Notes under the pieces: generated by a model
What the model was told of the DNA's origin: nothing
The model's input: only the letters and a program-made list of their open reading frames with translations
Database searches by the model: none
From: Gnetum montanum
Lineage: Eukaryota > Plantae > Gnetophyta
Assembly (NCBI GenBank): GCA_015680685.1
Contig: MNCI01000134.1
Span: forward strand, 1-62,816
DNA length: 62,816 nucleotides
Direction: 5' to 3'
Shown: one piece after another, positions 22,501 to 36,447 of the stretch
How the letters are laid out: each line of letters starts with the position of its first letter
Position numbering within the stretch: position 1 is the stretch's first letter
Program-made: the position numbers and the translations under genes

Positions 22501-24300
22501 CCTCTTATTCCTAAATTTTGGCCAACCTATTATAGAATGTGTCATTCATGTATTGTATGGGAAAGAAATTCTTCTTATTCTCTAAAGCTACCTAGGCCAA
22601 GACATGATAATCTATGAAAAAATATATATCGTAGCCTAAAAAAAATTTAATGCTAAAATAAAAATTCTATGGGGAAACTTGAGCTCTATGGCTTTTGAAA
22701 TGATATTTTAGTATCCATAAGTTTTTAGTAGATTGGCCATTGGAGGATTGAAAACTTTCCCTATCTTGAGATGGGCCAAAACAATGCTGTTGAACAAGTC
22801 TTATTTAAGCTAGAGAGCTTCTATTTTTGTAATGTCACAATCTATGAGACCATAGAGATTGTATGCCTTTTTGAAACTAATGTTATATTTCCTTTGAAGC
22901 AAATCTTATCTTTCTCATATACCATCTTAGCTATGAGACATTTTATAACATCCCTTATAATATTCATCCTTATCATGAAACCAAGCTTGTGAAGACTTGT
23001 CTTCTCATATATTTCTCAATAGTCATTCATTATTTTAGAACAAAGCCCTATTTTTTCTATTAGGTCATGGTCTTCATCAAATTTGAATAAATCCCTTTCT
23101 TGTACTTCTAATTCTAGGTGTGTGATGTCAATCCATTGTTGAAGATGATCCATATTCAGTTTGAATTGTTGTAGACAATTAAAGAAATTGAAGATGTCAA
23201 TACCTTGGAACTTTTGAGGTGCTTATTCCTATCTTCTTTATGTGAGAAACTTAAGCTAAGTTTCAAAAATGCTTTAAGGAAGTTTTTTCTATGCTTGAAT
23301 GGTAGCTCTTTCTCTACTTCAATTTTCATCTCTAATTATTAATGGCTCTATAATTTGGAATTTGTCCTGAGCTTGTTTATTGATATTGGAGATTCATTTT
23401 TCAATTCACTTGGAATTTGGAATTTGAATAATTTTTTGACACATGTCATGAGCCTCAATTTCATTGAGCTACTCTATTAATCCTATTAAAAGCTTGTGGG
23501 CTCAGGTACTAATCTCTTGATTCCAGCATCTTAACCCTTTTTTTTCTTGATCTAGTTCTTATTTTTATCTTAAGAATGATAAGGGTGAGGTGGCATGTAA
23601 ATAGAGCCTCATTCATAGAATCATTTTTTTGTTTTATGAACAAGCTCTCTTAGCATTTTAATTTTGCCTCTGCTAACATTGCAAAGCTTTTTCAAGGCCA
23701 TCTCGTAGAGTCAGTTTGTATAACCATTTTTGGTTCTATGAGTTTCTTCCTTTTAATTTGAGCTGATGTTATAATGGCTTGTTGCTTCTTTTTAGAACCA
23801 AATTTTGGTTCCATGAGATGCACTATATTACTTAACTTTTTAATCTTCATCTACTTAATTCATAATATGCTCAACTAGATTAAAAATATAATGTCACATG
23901 CCTAAATTGAACTCATAATCTTTTGTGGTTTTAATATAAGCTCTATTTAATCTAACATGACTTATATAACTTATTTAGATTTTTCTTGTAGAACCATTTC
24001 ATAGAACCACTTTTGGGTTCTATTAAACTATGTTACATAAAAGCCAATGTAATAAGGCCTTTCCAAAATCTAGTTTTAGAACTAATTCTTCTAGCTCTAC
24101 AAATTAACTTTTCAAGTCTAACATGATAGAGCCACTCATGTGTTGACTTATAGAACCTTTTCTTGGTTATATGAATAATACTTTTCTTTGTGCTTCTTCC
24201 TCAAATGATGATGTAGCTCATAGAACCATTTTAGCTTTTTGATTATAGAGCTAGTTCATAGAACTACTTTTTGGTTTTATGAACCTACACTAAATAAATT
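19600..24300 (-). mobile_element. Degenerate 3' part of an LTR retroelement with a long decayed non-pol ORF and a palindromic repeat cluster
   Basis: Minus purine tract at about 20280-20325; Lys/Glu-rich decayed coding-like sequence 20500-23550; agaacc..ggttct repeats 23610-24290. Boundaries approximate. Confidence 0.35.
23610..24290. repeat. Dispersed palindromic motif tagaaccaNtttggttctatga, about 9 copies
   Basis: Copies near 23616, 23720, 23793, 23989, 24001, 24076, 24149, 24220 and 24257. Confidence 0.75.
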
Positions 24301-24313
24301 ATGACATGGTAGG

Positions 24314-27300
24314 TGTTGCGAATGAAAACCTTGGTCACTGGAAAAAAACCAAGGAGCCTTGGTGCAGCAATATCCCAACCCAAAATCCCCAAGGCTGCTA
24401 CAAAAAAAAATGGGATTCAAGGTGCCCTACCCAGTTTGCCAGATCAACTAAGGACTTATGAAATTCAAAATGTGGAAATAATAAAGAAGAAATAGAATGC
24501 AAAATTGATAATAGGTCTAAAATAATGCACAGATGATAAACAAATATATTTCTTACACAAAACCCAAAACTTAAAACTTTATTAAGAAAGAAAATAAATA
24601 ATAAGTTTGAGAAATATGTACAAATGGTGCCTAGATGAGAAGAATGGAGGGATCACATATGCAAGAGTTCAAAGCCCATTGAAGCCAATGTGATCTAATC
24701 CATGATCCAAGTGCTAAGCCACTCCTGATGCTATCGAATCTTCCTTCACTACTGCAACCTCAGATTTGCAAGTTGGATCATTATTGGGGGTAAAAAAAGT
24801 AAAAAATTTGAATTCAAGATTGCTCCACATTGGGGTTTGGAAAGCCTAGAAGTGTAGTGTTGACAATCAAAATCCACAAATCTTATAGCTAAAACGCTTC
24901 CATGTTGGGGTTCAAGAAAATGCAAGTATGGGAACTTGCAAGATCTCTTGAGTGCTTGAGAATGCCCCAAATGTGGAATTATGAACAATGTTGTGTGTAT
25001 GCCAAAAACTGCTTGATAATGTTGAACTTGCTCAAAATTTTGGAAACTTGAGAAAAATTTCTGAACTTGTAAATGGTGTTGGAGACTAGTTTTCATAGGT
25101 TCCTTGGGCCATGAATGGAGCTGCAAAATGGCCATGATTTGGCTACAAACATGGCTGAAAATTGGTTGTAAATTGGCTGCCAAATTTGGATGAGCTATGT
25201 GCTCAAATTTTGAGGGTTACCATACATAGTAAGTGCTTTTCCCCATAGCCATTCCATTTACTATAAATAGTAACTAGGGCACACCTTTCACACTAGCAAT
25301 GAATCTTCTATGTTGAGCTCTCCACCATGCTTGTTAAAATGGCTGGTTGATGTTGAAGTGCATGAAGTGATGAATTTTTTCTTTTGTAGCTTCCATGCTA
25401 GGGGATATAATTTTCCATGTTGAGGATGAAGATTTCATGCTAGGGGAAAACTTCCACACTAAGGGGGGAAGGTTTCCAGGTTATGCATGTGGTGTCCATG
25501 TTGAAGAGGGAAAGTTTCGAAAACCCACATCCTTCCACATTGGGGGTAGGTAAGATCTACCTCCTACATGTGTTTCCAACATAGAAAAATGTATACCCCC
25601 CATAAAACCCATCAAATTGCTTTTTTGGCATTCCAAAAGGCTTTTTTGACCCCCTACAAGCCCAAATATAGACACTAAATGAATTTTTGTACTTGACGAA
25701 TGAGGCCTTGACCACTTTTAAGGATTTTTTATCCAAAAAGTATAAAGTATGTGAAATTAACCATTATGGGTTATAGTTTTCACATTTATAATGAAGCTTT
25801 TCCTTGCATTTAATAAGGTGAAAGCTACATGATGAATATTGGTTATAACATGCAAATTTTTGTCGTGTTTCAATGGCTCCTCTTTGTTGATGCTCAGAGG
25901 ATTGACCCAAGAGGCACTGACAAAGAATAGAAAACACCACTTCATATTATAATGCTATAATGCATACTAGTCACATGAAAATCAAGATATCCAGGTCACC
26001 AAGGTTGCTAGTTTAAGGTTGTGGTAGGCCATGGTACCAATTTAAGGGCCTCGTTGTGTTGCTAGTTTAAGGTTGTAGTTGACCATTGAGAGTAGGCTCA
26101 CTTGTTGATAATTGTTAGCTACATGTAGTATCTCTTTAGATAGAAATGATTGACTAGATTTGCCAACTCATTTTCAACCATGTCAGCTATTCTACATGCT
26201 ATATTTTCATAAGCTTTGATGACAAGAAAGGACCCATCATAGTTAGATAGGAATTTGTCTACATGCTCATGGATGGCCTTGAGGACTAGGTCCCCTTCCT
26301 TGATCTTGTGCATGGTTAAGTTATGATGATGTTGTCACTTCTACCTCTCATGATAGTTCTTGATGTGAGCAAGTGCTTGCATACCCCACTCCTTCACAAA
26401 ATCTAGGGCTACTATCCATAATCCCTTGTTTTACCATCATTGATGAAGCCGGTTAAGGCTACTTGGAGTGATGGAACCTACAATTTAAGAGGTAAAATAG
26501 ATTTAGAATCATAAACAAGGCTATAAGGAGTCATGCCAGTTGTTGTGTGATAGGTTGTTCTATATGCCCATAGTGCATGGGCAAGCCACTCATGCCACTT
26601 CCATTTTTTGTTGTTGAGCATCTTCTTGAGCAAGTTGATGATGGCCTTGTTGCTTGCTTCTACTTTTCCATTGACTTGAGGGTAGTAGGGAAACAAAAAA
26701 GAATGCTTAATGCCTAGGTTGTGATATAAATCCTTGGTTTCTCGGCTACAAAATTGAGATCCATTATCCATAACTATGGTCATGGGTATGCCAAAATGAG
26801 CTACAATGTTATCTAGCATAAATTTGCAAACTTGTTTATATGTGGTCTTCCTTAGGGGAATAGCCTCAACCCACATGGTAAAGTATTTAGTTGTAATGAT
26901 GATGAAGCTATGTCCTATAGAAGACTTAGCCATTATAGGTTGAAGCATATTCAATCCGCATGATTGAAATGACCATGTTATCTAGGTTGTATGTAAGTCA
27001 GTTGATGATACATGTATTAGGTTGCTTTATCATTGGCATGTGTCACATCATGTAGCCTTTTGTAAGCAGTTATTTTTCATATGGGGCCAATAGTAGCCTA
27101 ACCATCTAATCTTAGCAACTATGGCCTTAAGTCCTATATGTCCTCCATAAATACCCTCATGAACCTCCTCTAGGATTATTCTAGCTTTTGTTTTACCTAA
27201 GCACTTTAGGAGTATGCCATCATAGGATCATCAACATAAGGTATTATTACCTATGATGACATACTACTTTGATCGCTTATCTATGGTTTTTTTTCTGAGT

Positions 27301-30250
27301 AGTAGTTAGGCCTTGTGAGGATTCACCATGCATAAGGTAAAATTTGATATTGTCATAACACTCCTTAGGAGGAGTAGTATGAATGATGACCAAAAAGGTA
27401 TCCTCAGTGTTCTATGTGATGGAATTAGTATAGTCCATGGTTAAGGTGGAAAACTTGCTAAACACATCTAGTATCACACTAAAGGCTAATGTTGTAATTG
27501 CATTAGCTATGGTGTTTTCATTTCAAGGTATGCATTGGACATCAATGTCTATAAATTATTGTAATAACTACTTCCCTAGGTCACAGTAAGGTTGTAAGTG
27601 CTTAGCTTTACATGCATAGACATCGGTTACTTGGTTAACCACTAGTTGTGAATCATCTTTGATGGCTAGACATCTAATTCCTAGGTTATGAGCTACCATT
27701 ATCCCTCTAATCAAACCCTCATATTCCGCTATGTTGTTGGTACATGGAAACCCAAAAAAAATAGGCAAAGGGTTGGGTCCCACCAGATGGGAATGTTATA
27801 ATGGTAGCAACACTAGCCCCATGGGCAATTGAAGCTTTGTCAAAGTACATGACTACCTCATAACCCTCAAGCACTTGGCTAACTCTGTTAATGTGTTCAT
27901 TAGGGAACTTTGGATCTATGGCTACTTGGTCATCAATAGGTGAAATTATGAGTTGTATGGCTATAGCTTGACCTTTTGTTAAGGATTGAAAGACGTAATG
28001 GAGGTGGAACTCTATAGTTATGGCTTTTCATCGAGATATATGGCTACTTTCATAAATATTGATTGTTATGGCTTTGTGTATGTTGTCCTTGCAAATTATG
28101 TTAACCTGGCTTTTGAAGAGGTAGTGTCTCCATTTCTTCAAAGAGAAGACTAGTGTTAGACAATACTTCTTCACTTCAGTGTATCGAGTCTTGTGGGCAG
28201 CTAACATGTGGCTAAAGTAGTATACAGGCATTTCTACTTTGTCATAATGTTTCTAATAGAGTAGAAAGGCAATGGATGTATCAGAGATGATGAGATAAAT
28301 GTAAAATGGTTTACCCTATTATGGAGGATAGACTATCAATATCTATGTCAACTTTTGCTTAAGTTTTTCAAAGGCCTCTTAGCATTGAGCCATCCACTCA
28401 TAATGAACTCCTCTCTTAAGCAAGTGTTGCATGGAATGTAACTTATTTGTAAGCATAGTGATAAACCTATGAATAAATTGTAACTACCTTGTAATCCTTG
28501 AAGCTCTTTAAGGTTGTTAGGTGCTACTAATTTGGGTATGGACTTAACCTTATTAGGATCTATGTGTATCCCTACTTTAGAGATTGCAAAGCTAAGCATC
28601 TTACCAATATTGACATCGAAGACACACTTCTTGGGATTGAGCCTACACTCATATTTGAGACATTGTTTAAGCACAAGATCTTGGTCATTAGCATGGTCAT
28701 TGGCTATCTTAGACTTCATGGCTATGTCATCTACATAATCATTAAGCAAACCTAACATGTAATCATTGAAAATATAGGTTATGGCTCTCTGGTATGTTAC
28801 TCCAACATTCTTTAGGCCAAAGGACATCATGGTAAAGTACCCAATGGAATCATAAAGGTCATGCTAAGTTTTATGCTTTGGGTTGATCCTAATTTGATTA
28901 TATCCTAAGAATCCATCCATAAAGGACAACAAGGCATGTCTAGCTATAGTATTGATAAGTTGATCAATATTAGGCAGGGAAGTCATCCTTGATAGTAGCT
29001 TTATTTAGATCTTGAAAATTAATGCAAATACAAATACTCCCATTTTTCATAGGCATTACCACTATTTTGGATATCCATTATGCATAATTGATAGCCCTAA
29101 TGAAACCTACTTGGTAGAGCTTTAAGATTTTATCATGAACTACTAAGGCCAAATTAGCTCTAATCTTGTGCACTTTTTGCTTAATTGGTCTAATGCTAGG
29201 ATCTAGTATGATGTTGTATTGGATTAGACATGGGTCTAGGCCTAGCATATCTTTATATGATAAAGAGAATGCCTTACTATTGCTTTGTAAGATCTTGGTG
29301 ATGCCTTGAGCACATTGAGGCTCTAGTGAGGAACTTAGTTTAAGGGTTTTATCTTCACCATTGTGTGTTGTGATAGGAACCTGAACTAGAGAGTCTTTAG
29401 TTATGTCTCCTATTTCTAAGTCAAAGGTTTTGACTAGGTTTTTAGGCCATTCTAAATGTTTCTCTATTGACACTATGCGGTCTACAAGACTCTCAAGCTT
29501 AAGATCTAGCCAATTAGGATCGATACATCATTTAATATTACCGTGAGGTCCATGTAGACACAAAGGCAAATTGATTTGCTCCCAAGTACTCATACTTTAA
29601 TCCTCCATGTTAACCAAAAGCATATTAAGTGGAATTTAGGAAAAAGTAAATAAATAATGTTAACATGCCATAAATCACATGAAAATCTAATGCAATCAAG
29701 GCCATCCAAGGTCATTAGTAAGATAAGGTCAATTTAGAAAAATGCAATAGAGGTGAACAAAGATCACATATAGGTCAAACAAGGGAAAGTATAAGGCTAC
29801 AAATGGTCAATAAAGGCCAAAATTTTGCCAATATTAGTCCTTAGTGGGCCATGATGCCAATTTATAGTCTTGGTGGACTATGATGCTAGTTTAGGGCCTT
29901 AGCAGGGCATGGTCATATGGTGTCAAATGATGGTCAAGGAAGGTCAATCCCCACTATTCAATACTATTGAAAGGCCAAACAAAGGTAAATATAGTTGTAA
30001 TAAGACAAACAATGAACATATAAGGTTGTATAAAGGCCATGAAAGGTTAGAAAGGTCAACAAGGCAACATAAGTTAAAAATAAGTCAAAACATTATGTAA
30101 TAAGGAAAAAATCAAGAAAAATAGGCTATATATGATAAAATCTGGCTAAGAAAGGTTAAAACTGATTAGGTTTTGCTAGTTTTAGGCCTTAACAAGCCAT
30201 GTTTTAAGGCTACAAGGTTATTTGATGAGTTCAAACATCAATCAAGGCTA
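24314..30250 (-). mobile_element. Tat-type Ty3/Gypsy element: 3' LTR 24314-25658, integrase, archaeal-type RNase H, RNase H, RT
   Basis: RT MSFGLKNVGVTYQRA...YVDDI; RH PVYYFSH..YTEVKKYCL; aRH CTNNIAEYEGL...DSQLVVNQV; INT WVEAIPL...DNGSQF...YYPQVNGKVEASNK; LTR ends tgttg...ctaca. Confidence 0.9.
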
Positions 30251-30899
30251 TTGCTAGGCTATTTGCATTCAAAAATCAATTGTCAACGTGGAAACAAGGA
30301 TCCTTAGTATGGAAACCAAGGAAAATAGATTTTGGGATTCTTAGAGGTCAAAAATTAAGGTTTTGAGACCTTACCAAGGTAGCATAGGGTTAGATCCATT
30401 AAAATTAGGTACTCCAAAGGTCTATAAATGCCAAAAGTAAGTTCTTAAGCCTTCCCCCCTTATTTCCATAGTGGCCAATGTGAAAAAAAGGGGGTTTATC
30501 ATGGAGAATCAAAATCAAGATAAAAATAAGGTCAACTATGGTCAAATAGGTATCTAGAGTCTAGATCTGGAACTTGTGCATATCCCAGCTTCATTCTAAG
30601 GTGATTTGAGGCAAATTTGAGTGTCAAGATGTGTGTCAGAGTGACTTTGCCCCCCTTTTTCCACACTAAGTATAATATCCCCAACATGGAAAAATAGGGA
30701 GACAATTTTTTAATGAATTTAGAGTGATTTATGAGCACTTTGACTAAGTCTCTAGGTCCCTATAGTTGTAGACTTTAATTCTACAAGTTTCTAGCAGATT
30801 TTGGACATGTTTGAAGGCTATATAAGGGTACTTAATGGGGGACCCAAGATATATTCTTGTGTTTTAATGTCAATTTATTTTTTACTCTTACCATAGACA

Positions 30900-32841
30900 A
30901 TCTAAAAATGACAATTTATATTGAAGTGAGGTTATTCTTGTGGTGGTGAATTATTCACCAAGTTGTACTCATGGTTACACTTGTGCTAGTTTTTTATTCT
31001 TTGTTTGTTGATTTCAGATAAATGAAAAATCTAAAGAATCTTTGACAAGTAGCTATTAAGCTCAACCATTCTGATGATTGATGAATCCAAACTTGAACCT
31101 AATAAGAAATCAAATTAGAAGGCCCTCAATAAGAAATTTTAGTGGTGAAATCTTATTTAATTTTTCTTGATTATGTAATATTTCTAAAATCTCTAAAATA
31201 TGTTATATATCAAAATGTAATTTCTCCTTCTTATCAAGAGGGATATTTTGTACATTTGTACATAGTATCTTAGGATTGATGACATTAAAAGAGTTTCTTC
31301 GAAAAGATTTTTTTTGGAGTTGATGACATTAAGAGAATTTTCTTATGCATTGATTCTGGTCCAAAGTTAGAATCTGTGATGAAAAAGTAAAAATCCAATT
31401 AAAGATAAAAATTTTGAAAATATCTTTATTGTATTTATTGATTTTAATAAAAATTTAAAGGGTCATTCTCCCTCATCAAGAGACATTGATCTTGACCAAC
31501 AGGATAGTGTGATTAAGAAATAAGAAATAAGTACAAGGAAAGATTAAAGTGAAGATGAAGCAATAGAGTATCAACATGATGCTTTGTCAATTTTACAACC
31601 CTTAAGATAGCTTGGTCATATTAAAAAAAAAATATCCACTTAGTTTGAAGATAAAACTCCAATCACTAAAGCACTAAAGCTGAATCACTTACTTATGATG
31701 AAGCATGTACACCTCTTTATCATATAGAGTGGAAGCAAGTGATGGATGATGAAATGTCCTTTGTTCATGAGAATAAGACATGGGAATTGGTTAAACTACT
31801 ATATGGTAGAAAGCCAATTTGATGTAAGTGAATATTCAAAATTAAATCTAGTGACTAGCTTAAAGCACACCTTGTTGCTAAGGTTATTTACAAAAGATTG
31901 GAATTCATTATGATGAAATCTTCCCTTGGTAAACTTAACATCCCTTAGATCATGACTATTAATGCATTGGATTATGATTTGCAATAAATGGATGTGACAA
32001 AATTTTTCTTTCTCAATAGTAATGTTGAGGAGATATTGCAATAAGAAAAAATATAGCATATGATTTGTAAAATGTGCACCAAAGATGTAAAATAAAACTT
32101 TTATTAACCACATGTTGAGTCTTGGATTTACCTTGAAGAACTACCAAGAGTCTTGGTTTTAGATTGTGGGATTTACATATCAAGAGTAATGGCTTTAGCT
32201 TTTCAGACTTGTATACTTGGCACAAGCCTAGAAGACTTAGATATGAATCTCAAAAGTCAAGCCTAGAAGCCTTATATATCAAAGGTTTTGGCATAAGCTT
32301 GAAAGAGTTATATTTATGTTAAAATTTTTGGTACAAAGCTTGGAAGACTTGTATGTATGTCAAGAGTCTTTTGATAAGATTAGAGGACTTGTTTTTGTAT
32401 GTTCAAGAGAAGTGAAGATTTTAAATGCTTGCATTTTGGTTACCAACTCTTTGTGGTAAGAGTTTAAAAGAAAGGTGCTACACATTAGCTACAAGAGGGA
32501 TTGGGATTAGATTTTAAGGGGCAATTGAAAATTCACAAGAAGAAGAAAGTAGATATCCACTTCCCCTAACTAGAATGTTGAAAACCAATTCTTTGAAGGT
32601 TTAGAGTGTTATGAGAAGGTGATGGAGCTTAAGGTGCTCTTATGTCATTTTTCTTGAAAACACACAACACTAAAGGAGAAGTGGTTGGTCTCCTACCTTG
32701 ATTGGTTCTTCTTGCCTACATCATGTTGTGTTTCTCACTATCCAATCAATAAGGCCCTTTCCTTGATGTTGTTCGATCATAGATTGATTGTTTGTTAACA
32801 AGGAACAAGAGCTTTTCATAGAGTCCCATTTTATTTTAACA
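30900..32841 (+). mobile_element. Highly decayed, internally deleted Copia remnant with a probable 3' LTR (about 32526-32841)
   Basis: MDDEMSFVHENKTWELVKL..GRKPI..KAHLVAK at about 31745-31885; PPT-like aaggggcaat before tgaaa at 32526. Confidence 0.55.
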
Positions 32842-33842
32842 ATATGTGGCTTTCAAAGGAGTGTTTTTAGTCTAAAATAGGTCATATATGGAGCTAGGAG
32901 ATGTACTATTTCCTTACTACTATTTATCATCATTTACCATAAACACTTAGTAGAGGAAGAATAGGATCTCATTATTTAAGAATTGAAATAGATAGATGGC
33001 TCAAAATTTTAGGTGAAGAATGAATAATTTGATTATATAGCATTTAACATTAATAGCACATGTTCCTACAATGTTAAGCATTGGAACACATTAGATATGG
33101 ATAGGATATTCCAAATGCAAATTTAGTTAAGTTATTTCAAATGTTAAAAAGAACACTTATAATTTTTGTAAGTATGTTTTCAAAACTTATATAGCATGTA
33201 TATTTGTATTGTCTAATATATACAACACTATAACATTTCAATTTAAGTTTCAGTATAGTATACTTCATTAGATGATTCCTCTACAAAAAAGACTCTACAT
33301 GATTAGATATATTTATATAATTACATTACCCAGATTAGAGTTTAAAGAGGAAAAAGAAAACTTTGAGTTTTCACATCTACAACCTTTGATGCATTGAGAT
33401 AGCCATCCTTTATTTATTGTTGGAAAAAATATCTCCTTATGACGTCTTTAAATGACTTTCTATTTCTTGTTGAGAAACTCTCTACCTGCAAAAAATGTAG
33501 CAACTCAAAAGCCCCAAATCTTAAAAGAAATTGAAAATTGAAAATGAACTCAAAATTTGCCTCTTCCTATCTCAAAGACTAGAAGGAAACAAATAGGAAT
33601 CTGCATCTCTTTAAGGTAACTTAAGCTCCATTATTTCGTATTTATGAATAGAGATGGTAGATGCACCTAAGACAGACCCTCAGGATGGCCGCTAAACTAT
33701 CAGTATGGGTAACAGAATGGTTAGTAGTAGTGGTAGTGAATGTGGGCTAACCACCTGACCAGAGATGAGAGAAACTTTATGCCACATTATTTATTTATTT
33801 AGGATAATATTATAATATATTATTAAATACAAGTAAAACAAC

Positions 33843-34241
33843 TTATTTTATTAAGATAGATTGGAAGAAGGCATGGGCATGGGGGTGGGCACTACCATGA
33901 CACAAGCTGGTGCAGTCATGGATTGTGACCTCGAGCTGTGCTAGTGTGGGCCATTGGTCAACTGGGAAATAGTACTCCACAAGCCTGCCATCCTTTACAC
34001 AAGCTAGGCTAGTGTCGACATATCAAATCCTGGATCTCCACTTCATGGCCACAATGGTTGAACAACATCACGCTTACCACTGAGTCTGTTCCTATGTGTT
34101 CCAAGTTGCCCATTCATTCATTCATTTATAAGTTACGTCTGGGTGTTTGATGGGCCATGTAGTTTCCATTGCCAATAGTGGCAACAAGAATAGAACACTC
34201 ACTATCATGAGCATTTTGATCTCCTGATGTGATGATGCCAT
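33843..34241 (-). pseudogene. Secreted PLAT/LH2-domain gene, paralog C (internal deletions)
   Basis: Intact exon 1 (34137-34241) MASSHQEIKMLMIVSVLFLLPLLAMETTWPIKHPD|gtaact; then GNLEHIGTDSVVSVMLFNHCGHEVEIQDL and YYFPVDQWPTLAQLEVTIHDCTSLCHGSAHPHAHAFFQSILIK*; 5' UTR similar to paralog B. Confidence 0.85.
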
Positions 34242-35523
34242 TGTCAACTACTCCGATTGCTCCAAGTTTTTTGTCTCAGCTGGCTTGGATGAAGGTTGTT
34301 TAATTCATGTTATACTAGTGTGAAAAACAATTTCAAAAGAGGTAGGAGTAAAGATGATAATGATATCTTACTTTTGGCATCTAAATTTTTCAGATTACCA
34401 CATAACATGGACATCGTCATTATGATGACGATGGTGTTATATGCATGGTTTTTGGTGCATGGATTTAACTTGTACATGATTATTATGTTGATTGTCTTTG
34501 GACACTATTAGTCCTTTGGCTATCTTATTATTAATATATGGATTCATGTAAAAAGCTAGTGATAAGCTCTTTAATGATTTTTCAGATGGAGTGTTTAGCA
34601 GGATAAGATAGCTTTGGAGTGTTTAGTAACATAGTTCTTAGTATAGATAACTATGTGCAATGATGTTATTCTCATGCATTGATGATAGACAATGTTGATA
34701 CAAGAACACATATTTCTATGTCAAACATTTTAGACAAGAATGCATATCAAACACTAAAGAATTCTAACACTTTCTTTTTGCCAGCTGTCATTCTGATTCC
34801 TACTTTTTCTAACTACCATCCAATTTCAACAATGCAAATTGATACAAAATATATATGTCTTTGTATTCCTACCTCATTCCCATTTCAAACCTACCTCATC
34901 CTCATTTTTGGTTAATGCCATGGACCAAAAGGTGGAAGTGTTAGTTTTTTCGGCTGCCATTCCAATGTCTACTTTTTCCAGGTAGAAGTTATAGGTAACA
35001 TGAATTCATCATCATCTTCAATTCAAAGTTTTTCAAAACTCAAACCCCTACTTCATCTTCATTTTTAGTCTATGCATAGGAAAAAGCAAAAGAATAGCAC
35101 CCCACTCTGTAAATAGTCATCTTTAAATCATGGGCCTACAATTTCTTGACCTTGTGCTCCATCTTCATGGATTCGTAGCTTATATGTCTTAGAGTCAATT
35201 TTGGTTGTTGTTTCTCCTTAACTTAAGGCTAAAAGGTATTCTAATCCATGACCTTTAATACTGATTTTTCTTTGAGTGGCATTTATAGTTGAATGCTTTG
35301 TTTACCATTCAGGTGTCCTAGCCAAAATGGATGGGAAAAGTTTTGAGTTATGGAGTTAAATAAATTTTTTTTAAAGAAATACTAAAACTATTTTATCCAT
35401 TAGATCCAAAAGTATCTTAGTAAACATAAGTAAAAATTCTATTTCAATAGGATAAAAGAAGACACAATATAAGTTCAACATAAAGAAGACTAACCATAAA
35501 GCACAAATGTATGCTTAACTCAT

Positions 35524-36447
35524 TGATGAGTGGCAAGGTACCCCTACACCCAACCATATGAATTGTAAGTATTCACGCATGATTCAGTTGAATTCCATGG
35601 ATGGTACTAGTTGTGGCATTGAGATCACTATGCCTTGATCATAGTTCATTGTCTTCCCACTTGGACTAGTGGTAGCTTTGTCACATATGGTTTAGTCTAA
35701 AGTGAGGCATATGATTTTTATTATTTTATATTTTATTGTTCTACGATTAACAATAGGTTGAAACTCAATTTGTAATCAATTCAAATAATCTAATTGCTAA
35801 CTAATAATCAACTACCCTAAGTCTCTAATCCACTTCCAATGCACATCTTGAACACATATAACATTGCTAGGTTACCAAATGTTAAGCACTGCTGGGATTA
35901 CCAAGAGTCATACGCATGCTTGAAATGATCATACTTATGTGCTTAATTAATTAACATGCATGAAAATGTAAATATTAACTAAGTACATAGAAAGTAAATT
36001 GCATGGAAAGTAAATCTAATCTAAGTCAAAGTGCTGCAATCAATAAGAATCAATCTCAATCTTATTGCCACTTATTTAATATGTCCAGGTACATTACCAG
36101 TTGAATAAGAATTTGTACAGTTGACTTAGATCCACTCTGTGGGCACTCACTGACTATTCTCTAAGATTATAGAATAAAACTACAAGAATTTAGCTACTCT
36201 ATTGAAAAAAACTATGAAAAACTATTTTCAAATTGTGAGCCTAAGCACTATATTTATAGTTTAATGTATACCCCTCGATATTGGATATCTGACATCGCAT
36301 CCTAGGCTCTAACATCATTAGATACTTGATGTTGGGGCCTTGTTATCGAAGCTTTGTTATTTGGGCCAGGATATGGAGGCTAAGATATCAGAGCCAACCA
36401 AAAAGTTGACTTTTTATGAAATAACCTAGCCAATTGATGATTCATCA
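35524..36447 (-). mobile_element. Solo LTR of the Athila-like family with a 5-bp TSD
   Basis: TGATGA...TTCATCA termini flanked on both sides by CTCAT (35519-35523 and 36448-36452). Confidence 0.9.
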
